From Haliotis cracherodii (taxonomy: Eukaryota): a stretch of 64,000 bases of DNA. The notes below the pieces were generated by a model that saw only the letters and a list, made by a program, of their open reading frames with translations, did not search any database and was not told where the DNA came from. Of the stretch, positions 1 through 12,800 are shown one piece after another. The DNA is taken from contig NW_027266279.1 of assembly GCF_022045235.1 (NCBI RefSeq), positions 3,472,001-3,536,000 on the forward strand, read 5' to 3'. The translations under genes and the position numbers were made by a program. Positions within the stretch are counted from its first letter, which is position 1; each line of letters begins with the position of its first letter.

Positions 1-368
1 TTTGCCACCGCCTCCTTTGCCACCGCCTCCCTTTCCACCGCCTCCATGTCCTCCTCCGCCTCCTTTGCCGCCACCCCCTCCGTGGCCACCATAGGCAGAG
101 CCAAAGAAGGCTGTGAACACTAGAAAGGAGAACAGTGCATCTGTAGTTAAATGTCTTTAAAGAACAACGCAAGAATATAGTTTTCAACCTCATAATGTTG
201 CCAATTACCTTTTGTACGCTCTTTAAGTCACGTTGTTGTAGAAAATACGCAATGAATTAAAAGATAAGTGAATTTATCAGTCCACATTTCAATAGAACTC
301 ACACAGCTCACGTTTGAAAGGTTGAACTTACCCAAGGCCACAACGAGTGCAATTTTATAGAGCTGCAT
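1..368 (-). CDS. Secreted Gly/His/Lys-rich peptide, copy 1 (3' part outside window); exon1 332-368, exon2 <1-119
   Basis: Same ATG, GTAAGT donor and TTCTAG acceptor as the other copies. Confidence 0.85.
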
Positions 369-2077
369 CTTCACAGTTACGTCTATCCACAGTAGAATAA
401 ACGGTGTGAATGATCATATAGCGAATACACAAGGCCTTTTATACAAATGGATAAGGAAATCAGGACACTATGAATCGAAATACTCCCAATGGAGAAAGAA
501 AGAGAACAAGTTCTATTTTGACTTTTTCCTTAACATGTATTTGTAAACTAACACCAGATTATATAATATCACCTTGGCATTGGAGAGTTTCATTCTTTTT
601 TATTTACGTCTTCCTGAATAACCATCAAAACCTGCTGTGCATTTGTTACGTAAGGTGGCGCCCCTTGGATGTTTCTCTGTTGGATTAAATGCAAGGTGCA
701 CTGACTCATCCAATGAATTCAAAGCAAATATGACATACAAAAAAATGAATGGACAGATGTCTATAAAATGCAAGAACAATGATTAGCTGTTAATATCCTG
801 TTACTATAGGTTTCGTTATGCAGTTTCTTGGTCCCATCAATGACTATTGTAAAAGACGTATATCTGAAATGAGCAAACAGTAGATACTGCATGCTTTTCA
901 TTTGATGAAAATACACCGATATTTATGGAATTACAACACGTACTACATGCCTCCATCGCCTTATATGCTACTCGTAGCACCACACATACACATACTGTAA
1001 GTAATATCTACTCAATAATGGACACAGAAGTGACCGTGTAGCCACTTATACACGAGATATTTACACCTTTCTGAGAAGCGTAGGGATACAATAGGGCTAC
1101 AGTCTGAAAGCAGAATATGAGACCGCTCCATGTCACACATCTGAGTTGCTTTGTTCAAAGCAGTTAAAAGAAAGCTAGACAATTAATTCAACTATTGTAG
1201 TCTGCATGTTTCAAATATTTCTTTGAGCTCTTTCCACACGATCGAAATCGCCTACCAATATATGCTGACCGCTGTAACCTGTAAGGAGCATACTATCTCC
1301 ATTTGACTCAGCAATACAGTAAACTAAATGTAATGTCAACGGTATTACATTTAAGAAGGAGTGCTAAATGACATCCTATTATGGTGTGCGGATAGTGTAT
1401 CAATGCAGTTAGCACACTGATAGTCAAATGGACAGGTGTGAAGTTAATTAGGTATGGTATGTTGCTACTTTAATACTATTGTAATTCTCCACAAGGTCAA
1501 AACTGCTAAAATGCAGAAACGTCTAAAAGTGGACAAGAACAAGGTAGATGTGAAGCATTTGGGGACGATTATGTAGGGTTGAAAATTCTTTAAATCTTGA
1601 GACAAAACATATTAGAGGGGAAGAGTTCTGTTTTTGACGCATACACAGTGAAGACAAAATGTTGAAATACATTAAAAGCAAAATGTTCTCATAGCTTAGA
1701 TATAAAGGTATTTTGCAATTATCAACGGAATCTGTTAAGCTAATTCTAGAGACGATGTGTATGATTTCACTAGTGGAAACTGATATATACCATGTATTTA
1801 CAATTCTCTTTCCGACAACACAGTCAAGTCAAGAAGTGAATTATTTGCAATGTTTAATTGTAAATTACCTTTTGTATTAGGAGGATTCATATGCCAACAA
1901 TGGTACTAAAACTAACTCTCGCTGTGCAGCTGTTTTTGTAATAAACAGGATACTGTTCTCACTATGTGCGTTTGTATTATACATCATGTACCACATAGGA
2001 GATATGTGTTTCTTCTTTGAATTTGCAGGTAAGCAGTAAGTAGATACAAAGTTGAAAAGACATATTCATTTCATGGT

Positions 2078-2083
2078 TTTATT
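2078..2083 (-). terminator. Polyadenylation signal AATAAA of Gly-rich gene, present in every unit
   Basis: AATAAA on the minus strand ~113 nt after the TAA stop. Confidence 0.7.
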
Positions 2084-2195
2084 TGAAGTCGTTTCTCAAA
2101 GTTGACATTGAATAGTGTGGTGTAGCCAACGAGGCTATGACAACGATGACATCAAATGTCCAGCATTTGATAGAAATGTGAAGAGCCTGTTGAGT

Positions 2196-2854
2196 TTAAC
2201 CATGGTGGCCACCGCCTCCATGGCCACCTCCTCCATGGCCGCTGCCACCGTGACCACCTCCGTGGCCACCACCACCGTGACCGCCGCCGCCGCCGCCGCC
2301 GCCTCCATGACCACCTCCGTGGCCGCCACCTCCATGTCCGCCGCCACCATGACCCCCACCACCTTTGCCGCCTCCTCCGTGGCCGCCACCCCCTTTGCCA
2401 CCGCCTCCTTTTCCGCCACCTCCTCCGTGGCCGCCACCTCCTTTGCCACCGCCTCCTTTGCCACCACCTCCTTTGCCACCGCCTCCTTTGCCACCGCCTC
2501 CTTTGCCACCGCCTCCCTTTCCACCGCCTCCATGTCCTCCTCCGCCTCCTTTGCCGCCACCCCCTCCGTGGCCACCATAGGCAGAGCCAAAGAAGGCTGT
2601 GAACACTAGAAAGGAGAACAGTGCATCTGTAGTTAAATGTCTTTAAAGAACAACGCAAGAATATAGTTTTCAACCTCATAATGTTGCCAATTACCTTTTG
2701 TACGCTCTTTAAGTCACGTTGTTGTAGAAAATACGCAATGAATTAAAAGATAAGTGAATTTATCAGTCCACATTTCAATAGAACTCACACAGCTCACGTT
2801 TGAAAGGTTGAACTTACCCAAGGCCACAACGAGTGCAATTTTATAGAGCTGCAT
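2196..2854 (-). CDS. Secreted Gly/His/Lys-rich peptide, copy 2; exon1 2818-2854, exon2 2196-2605; 148 aa
   Basis: Exon1 encodes MQLYKIALVVAL and ends G|GTAAGT. The acceptor is TTCTCCTTTCTAG|TG. The phase-1 join gives signal peptide MQLYKIALVVALVFTAFFGSAYG followed by GHGGGGGKGGGG...GGGGHHG*. Confidence 0.9.
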
Positions 2855-2922
2855 CTTCACAGTTACGTCTATCCACAGTAGAATAAACGGTGTGAATGAT
2901 CATATAGCGAATACACAAGGCC

Positions 2923-2929
2923 TTTTATA
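2923..2929 (-). promoter_or_regulatory. TATA box (TATAAAA) of Gly-rich gene, present in every unit
   Basis: The minus strand reads GTATAAAAGG ~70 nt upstream of the ATG, with an Inr-like TCATTC ~25-30 nt downstream. Confidence 0.75.
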
Positions 2930-4681
2930 CAAATGGATAAGGAAATCAGGACACTATGAATCGAAATACTCCCAATGGAGAAAGAAAGAGAACAAGTTCT
3001 ATTTTGACTTTTTCCTTAACATGTATTTGTAAACTAACACCAGATTATATAATATCACCTTGGCATTGGAGAGTTTCATTCTTTTTTATTTACGTCTTCC
3101 TGAATAACCATCAAAACCTGCTGTGCATTTGTTACGTAAGGTGGCGCCCCTTGGATGTTTCTCTGTTGGATTAAATGCAAGGTGCACTGACTCATCCAAT
3201 GAATTCAAAGCAAATATGACATACAAAAAAATGAATGGACAGATGTCTATAAAATGCAAGAACAATGATTAGCTGTTAATATCCTGTTACTATAGGTTTC
3301 GTTATGCAGTTTCTTGGTCCCATCAATGACTATTGTAAAAGACGTATATCTGAAATGAGCAAACAGTAGATACTGCATGCTTTTCATGTGATGAAAATAC
3401 ACCGATATTTATGGAATTACAACACGTACTACATGCCTCCATCGCCTTATATGCTACTCGTAGCACCACACATACACATACTGTAAGTAATATCTACTCA
3501 ATAATGGACACAGAAGTGACCGTGTAGCCACTTATACACGAGATATTTACACCTTTCTGAGAAGCGTAGGGATACAATAGGGCTACAGTCTGAAAGCAGA
3601 ATATGAGACCGCTCCATGTCACACATCTGAGTTGCTTTGTTCAAAGCAGTTAAAAGAAAGCTAGACAATTAATTCAACTATTGTAGTCTGCATGTTTCAA
3701 ATATTTCTTTGAGCTCTTTCCACACGATCGAAATCGCCTACCAATATATGCTGACCGCTGTAACCTGTAAGGAGCATTCTATCTCCATTTGACTCAGCAA
3801 TACAGTAAACTAAATGTAATGTCAACGGTATTACATTTAAGAAGGAGTGCTAAATGACATCCTATTATGGTGTGCGGATAGTGTATCAATGCAGTTACCA
3901 CACTGATAGTCAAATGGACAGGTGTGAAGTTAATTAGGTATGGTATGTTGCTACTTTAATACTATTGTAATTCTCCACAAGGTCAAAACTGCTAAAATGC
4001 AGAAACGTCTAAAAGTGGACAAGAACAAGGCAGATGTGAAGCATTTGGGGACGATTATGTAGGGTTGAAAATTCTTTAAATCTTGAGACAAAACATATTA
4101 GAGGGGAAGAGTTCTGTTTTTGACGCATACACAGTGAAGACAAAATGTTGAAATACATTGAAAGCAAAATGTTCTCATAGCTTAGATATAAAGGTATTTT
4201 GCAATTATCAACGGAATCTGTTAAGCTAATTCTAGAGACGATGTGTATGATTTCACTAGTGGAAACTGATATATACCATGTATTTACAATTCTCTTTCCG
4301 ACAACACAGTCAAGTCAAGAAGTGAATTATTTGCAATGTTTAATTGTAAATTACCTTTTGTATTAGGAGGATTCATATGCCAACAATGGTACTAAAACTA
4401 ACTCTCGCTGTGCAGCTGTTTTTGTAATAAACAGGATACTGTTCTCACTATGTGCGTTTGTATTATACATCATGTACCACATAGGAGATATGTGTTTCTT
4501 CTTTGAATTTGCAGGTAAGCAGTAAGTAGATACAAAGTTGAAAAGACGTATTCATTTCATGGTTTTATTTGAAGTCGTTTCTCAAAGTTGACATTGAATA
4601 GTGTGGTGTAGCCAACGAGGCTATGACAACGATGACATCAAATGTCCAGCATTTGATAGAAATGTGAAGAGCCTGTTGAGT

Positions 4682-4765
4682 TTAACCATGGTGGCCACCG
4701 CCTCCATGGCCACCTCCTCCATGGCCGCTGCCACCGTGACCACCTCCGTGGCCACCACCACCGTG

Positions 4766-4802
<37 letters not shown>

Positions 4803-5349
4803 TGACCACCTCCGTGGCCGCCACCTCCATGTCCGCCGCCACCATGACCCCCACCACCTTTGCCGCCTCCTCCGTGGCCGCCACCCCCTTTGCCACCGCC
4901 TCCTTTTCCGCCACCTCCTCCGTGGCCGCCACCTCCTTTGCCACCGCCTCCTTTGCCACCACCTCCTTTGCCACCGCCTCCTTTGCCACCGCCTCCTTTG
5001 CCACCGCCTCCCTTTCCACCGCCTCCATGTCCTCCTCCGCCTCCTTTGCCGCCACCCCCTCCGTGGCCACCATAGGCAGAGCCAAAGAAGGCTGTGAACA
5101 CTAGAAAGGAGAACAGTGCATCTGTAGTTAAATGTCTTTAAAGAACAACGCAAGAATATAGTTTTCAACCTCATAATGTTGCCAATTACCTTTTGTACGC
5201 TCTTTAAGTCACGTTGTTGTAGAAAATACGCAATGAATTAAAAGATAAGTGAATTTATCAGTCCACATTTCAATAGAACTCACACAGCTCACGTTTGAAA
5301 GGTTGAACTTACCCAAGGCCACAACGAGTGCAATTTTATAGAGCTGCAT
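4682..5349 (-). CDS. Gly/His/Lys-rich peptide, copy 3; exon1 5313-5349, exon2 4682-5100; 151 aa (poly-Gly tract G12)
   Basis: Splice sites and ORF intact; the GGC run is expanded. Confidence 0.9.
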
Positions 5350-7176
5350 CTTCACAGTTACGTCTATCCACAGTAGAATAAACGGTGTGAATGACCATAT
5401 AGCGAATACACAAGGCCTTTTATACAAATGGATAAGGAAATCAGGACACTATGAATCGAAATACTCCCAATGGAGAAAGAAAGAGAACAAGTTCTATTTT
5501 GACTTTTTCCTTAACATGTATTTGTAAACTAACACCAGATTATATAATATCACCTTGGCATTGGAGAGTTTCATTCTTTTTTATTTACGTCTTCCTGAAT
5601 AACCATCAAAACCTGCTGTGCATTTGTTACGTAAGGTGGCGCCCCTTGGATGTTTCTCTGTTGGATTAAATGCAAGGTGCACTGACTCATCCAATGAATT
5701 CAAAGCAAATATGACATACAAAAAAATGAATGGACAGATGTCTATAAAATGCAAGAACAATGATTAGCTGTTAATATCCTGTTACTATAGGTTTCGTTAT
5801 GCAGTTTCTTGGTCCCATCGATGACTATTGTAAAAGACGTATATCTGAAATGAGCAAACAGTAGATACTGCATGCTTTTCATTTGATGAAAATACACCGA
5901 TATTTATGGAATTACAACACGTACTACATGCCTCCATCGCCTTATATGCTACTCGTAGCACCACACATACACATACTGTAAGTAATATCTACTCAATAAT
6001 GGACACAGAAGTGACCGTGTAGCCACTTATACACGAGATATTTACACCTTTCTGAGAAGCGTAGGGATACAATAGGGCTACAGTCTGAAAGCAGAATATG
6101 AGACCGCTCCATGTCACACATCTGAGTTGCTTTGTTCAAAGCAGTTAAAAGAAAGCTAGACAATTAATTCAACTATTGTAGTCTGCATGTTTCAAATATT
6201 TCTTTGAGCTCTTTCCACACGATCGAAATCGCCTACCAATATATGCTGACCGCTGTAACCTGTAAGGAGCATTCTATCTCCATTTGACTCAGCAATACAG
6301 TAAACTAAATGTAATGTCAACGGTATTACATTTAAGAAGGAGTGCTAAATGACATCCTATTATGGTGTGCGGATAGTGTATCAATGCAGTTAGCACACTG
6401 ATGGTCAAATGGACAGGTGTGAAGTTAATTAGGTATGGTATGTTGCTACTTTAATACTATTGTAATTCTCCACAAGGTCAAAACTGCTAAAATGCAGAAA
6501 CGTCTAAAAGTGGACAAGAACAAGGCAGATGTGAAGCATTTGGGGACAATTATGTAGGGTTGAAAATTCTTTAAATCTTGAGACAAAACATATTAGAGGG
6601 GAAGAGTTCTGTTTTTGACGCATACACAGTGAAGACAAAATGTTGAAATACATTAAAAGCAAAATGTTCTCATAGCTTAGATATAAAGGTATTTTGCAAT
6701 TATCAACGGAATCTGTTAAGCTAATTCTAGAGACGATGTGTATGATTTCACTAGTGGAAACTGATATATACCATGTATTTACAATTCTCTTTCCGACAAC
6801 ACAGTCAAGTCAAGAAGTGAATTATTTGCAATGTTTAATTGTAAATTACCTTTTGTATTAGGAGGATTCATATGCCAACAATGGTACTAAAACTAACTCT
6901 CGCTGTGCAGCTGTTTTTGTAATAAACAGGATACTGTTCTCACTATGTGCGTTTGTATTATACATCATGTACCACATAGGAGATATGTGTTTCTTCTTTG
7001 AATTTGCAGGTAAGCAGTAAGTAGATACAAAGTTGAAAAGACATATTCATTTCATGGTTTTATTTGAAGTCGTTTCTCAAAGTTGACATTGAATAGTGTG
7101 GTGTAGCCAACGAGGCTATGACAACGATGACATCAAATGTCCAGCATTTGATAGAAATGTGAAGAGCCTGTTGAGT

Positions 7177-7832
7177 TTAACCATGGTGGCCACCGCCTCC
7201 ATGGCCACCTCCTCCATGGCCGCCGCCACCGTGACCACCTCCGTGGCCACCACCACCGTGACCACCGCCACCGCCGCCGCCACCATGACCACCTCCGTGG
7301 CCGCCACCTCCATGTCCGCCGCCACCATGACCCCCACCACCTTTGCCGCCTCCTCCGTGGCCGCCACCCCCTTTGCCACCGCCTCCTTTTCCGCCACCTC
7401 CTCCGTGGCCGCCACCTCCTTTGCCACCGCCTCCTTTGCCACCACCTCCTTTGCCACCGCCTCCTTTGCCACCGCCTCCTTTGCCACCGCCTCCCTTTCC
7501 ACCGCCTCCATGTCCTCCTCCGCCTCCTTTGCCGCCACCCCCTCCGTGGCCACCATAGGCAGAGCCAAAGAAGGCTGTGAACACTAGAAAGGAGAACAGT
7601 GCATCTGTAGTTAAATGTCTTTAAAGAACAACGCAAGAATATAGTTTTCAACCTCATAATGTTGCCAATTACCTTTTGTACGCTCTTTAAGTCACGTTGT
7701 TGTAGAAAATACGCAATGAATTAAAAGATAAGTGAATTTATCAGTCCACATTTCAATAGAACTCACACAGCTCACGTTTGAAAGGTTGAACTTACCCAAG
7801 GCCACAACGAGTGCAATTTTATAGAGCTGCAT
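7177..7832 (-). CDS. Gly/His/Lys-rich peptide, copy 4; exon1 7796-7832, exon2 7177-7583; 147 aa
   Basis: Intact. The predicted mature peptide is 124 aa: 99 Gly, 15 His, 10 Lys. Confidence 0.9.
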
Positions 7833-9615
7833 CTTCACAGTTACGTCTATCCACAGTAGAATAAACGGTGTGAATGATCATATAGCAAATACACAAGGCC
7901 TTTTATACAAATGGATAAGGAAATCAGGACACTATGAATCGAAATACTCCCAATGGAGAAAGAAAGAGAACAAGTTCTATTTTGACTTTTTCCTTAACAT
8001 GTATTTGTAAACTAACACCAGATTATATAATATCACCTTGGCATTGGAGAGTTTCATTCTTTTTTATTTACGTCTTCCTGAATAACCATCAAAACCTGCT
8101 GTGCATTTGTTACGTAAGGTGGCGCCCCTTGGATGTTTCTCTGTTGGATTAAATGCAAGGTGCACTGACTCATCCAATGAATTCAAAGCAAATATGACAT
8201 ACAAAAAAATGAATGGACAGATGTCTATAAAATGCAAGAACAATGATTAGCTGTTAATATCCTGTTACTATAGGTTTCGTTATGCAGTTTCTTGGTCCCA
8301 TCAATGACTATTGTAAAAGACGTATATCTGAAATGAGCAAACAGTAGATACTGCATGCTTTTCATTTGATGAAAATACACCGATATTTATGGAATTACAA
8401 CACGTACTACATGCCTCCATCGCCTTATATGCTACTCGTAGCACCACACATACACATACTGTAAGTAATATCTACTCAATAATGGACACAGAAGTGACCG
8501 TGTAGCCACTTATACACGAGATATTTACACCTTTCTGAGAAGCGTAGGGATACAATAGGGCTACAGTCTGAAAGCAGAATATGAGACCGCTCCATGTCAC
8601 ACATCTGAGTTGCTTTGTTCAAAGCAGTTAAAAGAAAGCTAGACAATTAATTCAACTATTGTAGTCTGCATGTTTCAAATATTTCTTTGAGCTCTTTCCA
8701 CACGATCGAAATCGCCTACCAATATATGCTGACCGCTGTAACCTGTAAGGAGCATTCTATCTCCATTTGACTCAGCAATACAGTAAACTAAATGTAATGT
8801 CAACGGTATTACATTTAAGAAGGAGTGCTAAATGACATCCTATTATGGTGTGCGGATAGTGTATCAATGCAGTTAGCACACTGATGGTCAAATGGACAGG
8901 TGTGAAGTTAATTAGGTATGGTATGTTGCTACTTTAATACTATTGTAATTCTCCACAAGGTCAAAACTGCTAAAATGCAGAAACGTCTAAAAGTGGACAA
9001 GAACAAGGTAGATGTGAAACATTTGGGGACGATTATGTAGGGTTGAAAATTCTTTAAATCTTGAGACAAAACATATTAGAGGGGAAGAGTTCTGTTTTTG
9101 ACGCATACACAGTGAAGACAAAATGTTGAAATACATTAAAAGCAAAATGTTCTCATAGCTTAGATATAAAGGTATTTTGCAATTATCAACGGAATCTGTT
9201 AAGCTAATTCTAGAGACGATGTGTATGATTTCACTAGTGGAAACTGATATATACCATGTATTTACAATTCTCTTTCCGACAACACAGTCAAGTCAAGAAG
9301 TGAATTATTTGCAATGTTTAATTGTAAATTACCTTTTGTATTAGGAGGATTCATATGCCAACAATGGTACTAAAACTAACTCTCGCTGTGCAGCTGTTTT
9401 TGTAATAAACAGGATACTGTTCTCACTATGTGCGTTTGTATTATACATCATGTACCACATAGGAGATATGTGTTTCTTCTTTGAATTTGCAGGTAAGCAG
9501 TAAGTAGATACAAAGTTGAAAAGACATATTCATTTCATGGTTTTATTTGAAGTCGTTTCTCAAAGTTGACATTGAATAGTGTGGTGTAGCCAACGAGGCT
9601 ATGACAACGATGACA

Positions 9616-10316
9616 TCAAATGTCCAGCATTTGATAGAAATGTGAAGAGCCTGTTGAGTTTAACCATGGTGGCCACCGCCTCCATGGCCACCTCCTCCAT
9701 GGCCGCCGCCACCGTGACCACCTCCGTGGCCACCACCACCGTGACCACCGCCACCGCCGCCGCCACCATGACCACCTCCGTGGCCGCCACCTCCATGTCC
9801 GCCGCCACCATGACCCCCACCACCTTTGCCGCCTCCTCCGTGGCCGCCACCCCCCTTTGCCACCGCCTCCTTTTCCGCCACCTCCTCCGTGGCCGCCACC
9901 TCCTTTGCCACCGCCTCCTTTGCCACCACCTCCTTTGCCACCGCCTCCTTTGCCACCGCCTCCTTTGCCACCGCCTCCCTTTCCACCGCCTCCATGTCCT
10001 CCTCCGCCTCCTTTGCCGCCACCCCCTCCGTGGCCACCATAGGCAGAGCCAAAGAAGGCTGTGAACACTAGAAAGGAGAACAGTGCATCTGTAGTTAAAT
10101 GTCTTTAAAGAACAACGCAAGAATATAGTTTTCAACCTCATAATGTTGCCAATTACCTTTTGTACGCTCTTTATGTCACGTTGTTGTAGAAAATACGCAA
10201 TGAATTAAAAGATAAGTGAATTTATCAGTCCACATTTCAATAGAACTCACACAGCTCACGTTTGAAAGGTTGAACTTACCCAAGGCCACAACGAGTGCAA
10301 TTTTATAGAGCTGCAT
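9616..10316 (-). CDS. Copy 5, +1 frameshift in G5->G6 run (~9850-9855): Gly/Lys N-half then Arg/Trp-rich tail (or assembly error)
   Basis: ACCCCCCTTT here versus ACCCCCTTT in the other units. ORF 9616..10068 switches frame mid-repeat. Exon1 is at 10280-10316. Confidence 0.6.
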
Positions 10317-12099
10317 CTTCACAGTTACGTCTATCCACAGTAGAATAAACGGTGTGAATGATCATATAGCAAATACACAAGGCCTTTTATACAAATGGAT
10401 AAGGAAATCAGGACACTATGAATCGAAATACTCCCAATGGAGAAAGAAAGAGAACAAGTTCTATTTTGACTTTTTCCTTAACATGTATTTGTAAACTAAC
10501 ACCAGATTATATAATATCACCTTGGCATTGGAGAGTTTCATTCTTTTTTATTTACGTCTTCCTGAATAACCATCAAAACCTGCTGTGCATTTGTTACGTA
10601 AGGTGGCGCCCCTTGGATGTTTCTCTGTTGGATTAAATGCAAGGTGCACTGACTCATCCAATGAATTCAAAGCAAATATGACATACAAAAAAATGAATGG
10701 ACAGATGTCTATAAAATGCAAGAACAATGATTAGCTGTTAATATCCTGTTACTATAGGTTTCGTTATGCAGTTTCTTGGTCCCATCAATGACTATTGTAA
10801 AAGACGTATATCTGAAATGAGCAAACAGTAGATACTGCATGCTTTTCATGTGATGAAAATACACCGATATTTATGGAATTACAACACGTACTACATGCCT
10901 CCATCGCCTTATATGCTACTCGTAGCACCACACATACACATACTGTAAGTAATATCTACTCAATAATGGACACAGAAGTGACCGTGTAGCCACTTATACA
11001 CGAGATATTTACACCTTTCTGAGAAGCGTAGGGATACAATAGGGCTACAGTCTGAAAGCAGAATATGAGACCGCTCCATGTCACACATCTGAGTTGCTTT
11101 GTTCAAAGCAGTTAAAAGAAAGCTAGACAATTAATTCAACTATTGTAGTCTGCATGTTTCAAATATTTCTTTGAGCTCTTTCCACACGATCGAAATCGCC
11201 TACCAATATATGCTGACCGCTGTAACCTGTAAGGAGCATTCTATCTCCATTTGACTCAGCAATACAGTAAACTAAATGTAATGTCAACGGTATTACATTT
11301 AAGAAGGAGTGCTAAATGACATCCTATTATGGTGTGCGGATAGTGTATCAATGCAGTTAGCACACTGATGGTCAAATGGACAGGTGTGAAGTTAATTAGG
11401 TATGGTATGTTGCTACTTTAATACTATTGTAATTCTCCACAAGGTCAAAACTGCTAAAATGCAGAAACGTCTAAAAGTGGACAAGAACAAGGCAGATGTG
11501 AAGCATTTGGGGACAATTATGTAGGGTTGAAAATTCTTTAAATCTTGAGACAAAACATATTAGAGGGGAAGAGTTCTGTTTTTGACGCATACACAGTGAA
11601 GACAAAATGTTGAAATACATTAAAAGCAAAATGTTCTCATAGCTTAGATATAAAGGTATTTTGCAATTATCAACGGAATCTGTTAAGCTAATTCTAGAGA
11701 CGATGTGTATGATTTCACTAGTGGAAACTGATATATACCATGTATTTACAATTCTCTTTCCGACAACACAGTCAAGTCAAGAAGTGAATTATTTGCAATG
11801 TTTAATTGTAAATTACCTTTTGTATTAGGAGGATTCATATGCCAACAATGGTACTAAAACTAACTCTCGCTGTGCAGCTGTTTTTGTAATAAACAGATAC
11901 TGTTCTCACTATGTGCGTTTGTATTATACATCATGTACCACATAGGAGATATGTGTTTCTTTTTTTGAATTTGCAGGTAAGCAGTAAGTAGATACAAAGT
12001 TGAAAAGACATATTCATTTCATGGTTTTATTTGAAGTCGTTTCTCAAAGTTGACATTGAATAGTGTGGTGTAGCCAACGAGGCTATGACAACGATGACA

Positions 12100-12800
12100 T
12101 CAAATGTCCAGCATTTGATAGAAATGTGAAGAGCCTGTTGAGTTTAACCATGGTGGCCACCGCCTCCATGGCCACCTCCTCCATGGCCGCCGCCACCGTG
12201 ACCACCTCCGTGGCCACCACCACCGTGACCACCGCCACCGCCGCCGCCACCATGACCACCTCCGTGGCCGCCACCTCCATGTCCGCCGCCACCATGACCC
12301 CCACCACCTTTGCCGCCTCCTCCGTGGCCGCCACCCCCTTTGCCACCGCCTCCTTTTCCGCCACCTCCTCCGTGGCCGCCACCTCCTTTGCCACCGCCTC
12401 CTTTGCCACCACCTCCTTTGCCACCGCCTCCTTTGCCACCGCCTCCTTTGCCACCGCCTCCCTTTCCACCGCCTCCATGTCCTCCTCCGCCTCCTTTGCC
12501 GCCACCCCCCTCCGTGGCCACCATAGGCAGAGCCAAAGAAGACTGTGAACACTAGAAAGGAGAACAGTGCATCTGTAGTTAAATGTCTTTAAAGAACAAC
12601 GCAAGAATATAGTTTTCAACCTCATAATGTTGCCAATTACCTTTTGTACGCTCTTTAAGTCACGTTGTTGTAGAAAATACGCAATGAATTAAAAGATAAG
12701 TGAATTTATCAGTCCACATTTCAATAGAACTCACACAGCTCACGTTTGAAAGGTTGAACTTACCCAAGGCCACAACGAGTGCAATTTTATAGAGCTGCAT
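12100..12800 (-). CDS. Copy 6, +1 frameshift right after signal peptide (~12505-12510): signal peptide fused to Arg/Trp-rich frame (or assembly error)
   Basis: CACCCCCCTCC here versus CACCCCCTCC. ORF 12100..12552. There is also an A->V change in the signal peptide. Exon1 is at 12764-12800. Confidence 0.6.

Noticed and set aside
470-688. 72-aa plus-strand ORF repeated in each unit (MNRNTPNG...)
   Set aside because: It overlaps the promoter region of the real gene, recurs only because the unit is duplicated, and is broken by a TGA in the last unit.
2115-2609. Plus-strand Ala/Thr-rich and poly-Pro ORFs, and the minus-strand EAVAK frame
   Set aside because: These are shadow frames of the stop-free Gly codon repeat. 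Only the Gly frame is in phase with the signal-peptide exon.
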